Shown: one piece after another, positions 52,055 through 53,311 of the stretch
Position numbering within the stretch: the first letter of the stretch is position 1
How the letters are laid out: each line of letters opens with the position of its first letter
IMG/VR virus record: IMGVR_UViG_3300012853_000040
Coordinates: 1-53,311 of that record
DNA: 53,311 nt
Source of the DNA: a virus
Taxonomy: Duplodnaviria; Caudoviricetes
Strand: one strand, 5' to 3'
Notes under the pieces: model-generated
Database searches by the model: none
What the model was told of the DNA's origin: nothing
What the model saw: the letters and a program-made list of their open reading frames with translations, nothing else
Translations under genes and position numbers: made by a program

Positions 52055-52120
52055 GAAGGGCTCGCTGCTGAGACGTTATGAGACCTCTTCAATAATCAAC
52101 CAAATGGTGAACATCAAGCA

Positions 52121-53311
52121 CTATTTCAGTGAGCGCAGGCTGTCGAGCTTGTCAGCCCAGGCCTGCATCATGCGGATGCGATCCGGCAGATACTCAGCCG
52201 CATTGTAGACCCGACGCACGCTGTTTCCCTCGACGTGGGCGAGCTGGCGTTCGACCCAGTCCCCGTTCCAGCCCATCTCGTTGAGCAGGGTCGACGCCGT
52301 GCGGCGCAGCCCGTGGGCGGTTACCTCCTCCTTGGAATACCCCATGCGGCGGAAGGCGGCGTTCAAGGTGTTCTCGCTCATCGGGCGCTCGGGCGTCCGG
52401 AGGGAGGCGAATAGGTATCTGCTGCGGACCCCGAGCGCTTTCAGATCCTCCAGGATGGCGACGGTCTGGGTGGCCAGCGGGACCAGATGGTCGAGTTTCA
52501 TCTTCATCTTCGGCCCTGGGATGCGCCACAGGGCGGCCTCCAGGTCGAACTCCGGCCACTCAGCCATACGCAGTTCGACCGGTCGCACGAAGACCAGGGG
52601 CGCCAACTTTAGGGCCGCCGCGACCTGGCGCTCGCCTCTGTAGTTGTCGATCGAACGCAACAGTCCACCTACGGCGCGGGGCTCGAACAGAGCGGCGTGG
52701 TGGGTCGTTTCCGGCGCCGAGAGCGCCCCTTTCAGGTCGGCCGCCGGGTCACGTTCGGCCCGGCCGGTAGCGACAGCGTAGCGGAAGATGCGGCTCAGCG
52801 TGCTGCGGAGACGGGTGGCCGTTTCTTTCAAGCCGCGGGCTTCCACCTTCCGCAGGATAGACAGCAGTTGGGGTGCGGTGATTCCGCCGATCGGATCGCC
52901 GCCGATATCGGGATAGACGAACGTGAGTTGCCAGCGCGCCTTGGAGACGGTGGCTTCGTTCCGACCTTCGCCGATCAGCTTTTTATCGATCCATTCCTCG
53001 GCCACCGCCCTGAAGGTGTTTTCGGCCGCGACCTGGGCGACGGCGCGCTCGCGCTTCTTCTCTAGGGCGGGGTTTTTGCCGGCCGCCAGCAGCCGGCGAG
53101 CCTCGGCGCGCTTCTCTCGCGCGTCGGCCAATGATATGGTCGGATAGACCCCGAAGGCGAGCGTCCCGCGCTTGTCCAAGTGCCGATAGTCGAGGCGCCA
53201 GTATCGTCCGCCGTCCGGTTTGACGAGCAGATACAGACCTTCACCATCGGTCAACTTGTAGGGTTTTTCGCGCCCCTTGGCGTTGCGCACTGCGACATCG
53301 GACAACGGCAT
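52121..53311 (-). CDS. int: P4-type tyrosine integrase
   Basis: KPYKL.DG.GLYL.V arm domain; R (FVRP), HGLR, LAH, Y catalytic residues. Confidence 0.96.
   Translation of the reverse strand: MPLSDVAVRNAKGREKPYKLTDGEGLYLLVKPDGGRYWRLDYRHLDKRGTLAFGVYPTISLADAREKRAEARRLLAAGKNPALEKKRERAVAQVAAENTFRAVAEEWIDKKLIGEGRNEATVSKARWQLTFVYPDIGGDPIGGITAPQLLSILRKVEARGLKETATRLRSTLSRIFRYAVATGRAERDPAADLKGALSAPETTHHAALFEPRAVGGLLRSIDNYRGERQVAAALKLAPLVFVRPVELRMAEWPEFDLEAALWRIPGPKMKMKLDHLVPLATQTVAILEDLKALGVRSRYLFASLRTPERPMSENTLNAAFRRMGYSKEEVTAHGLRRTASTLLNEMGWNGDWVERQLAHVEGNSVRRVYNAAEYLPDRIRMMQAWADKLDSLRSLK

Larger units (their letters stand above)
1..53311. mobile_element. Temperate siphovirus-type prophage (Chi/Nazgul-like layout), partial
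   Basis: Contiguous tail, lysis, replication, repressor, excisionase and integrase genes; no host housekeeping operons; both boundaries lie outside the window. Confidence 0.93.

Noticed and set aside
52055-53311. Attachment site
   Set aside because: The window ends at the integrase start codon; no att core can be identified without flanking sequence

Overview
The whole window is the larger part of a temperate siphovirus-type prophage in a high-GC alphaproteobacterium. The GapR homologue and a CtrA-type box point to Caulobacteraceae (inference). The layout is Chi/BcepNazgul-like (Casjensviridae-like). From left to right: neck and tail morphogenesis genes with a lambda-type -1 frameshift chaperone, and two antisense accessory cassettes inserted in the tail operon (1-16168); lysis cassette and a metallophosphoesterase (16175-19850); a long leftward arm of nucleotide-metabolism, methylase, GapR and small early genes (19847-35739); a repeat-rich non-coding hub with a Chi-like cos candidate and a probable origin (35760-36505); primase-helicase, Cas4-like nuclease, SSB, C5 methylase, family-B polymerase, helicase and VRR-NUC (36508-49135); then repressor, a displaced tail spike, AlpA-type excisionase and P4-type integrase (49231-53311). 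Terminase, head genes and att sites lie outside the window. Four patterns stand out as unexplained. (1) A short peptide tag, D-P-[LMF]-x-x-[hydrophobic]-[hydrophobic]-G-stop or DPLG-stop, is shared by about a dozen unrelated phage proteins and is conserved at the protein level, not the DNA level. (2) A nested +1-frame gene inside the C5 methylase carries this tag. (3) About 22 copies of a TCA(A/C)-N7-(G/T)TGA operator-like motif sit at promoters and gene boundaries throughout the prophage. (4) There are hooks into the host cell cycle: a CtrA box with a GANTC site near the origin, a tagged GapR, and an ssrA-like degron on the polymerase. All product calls come from motif recognition and synteny; no searches were run.
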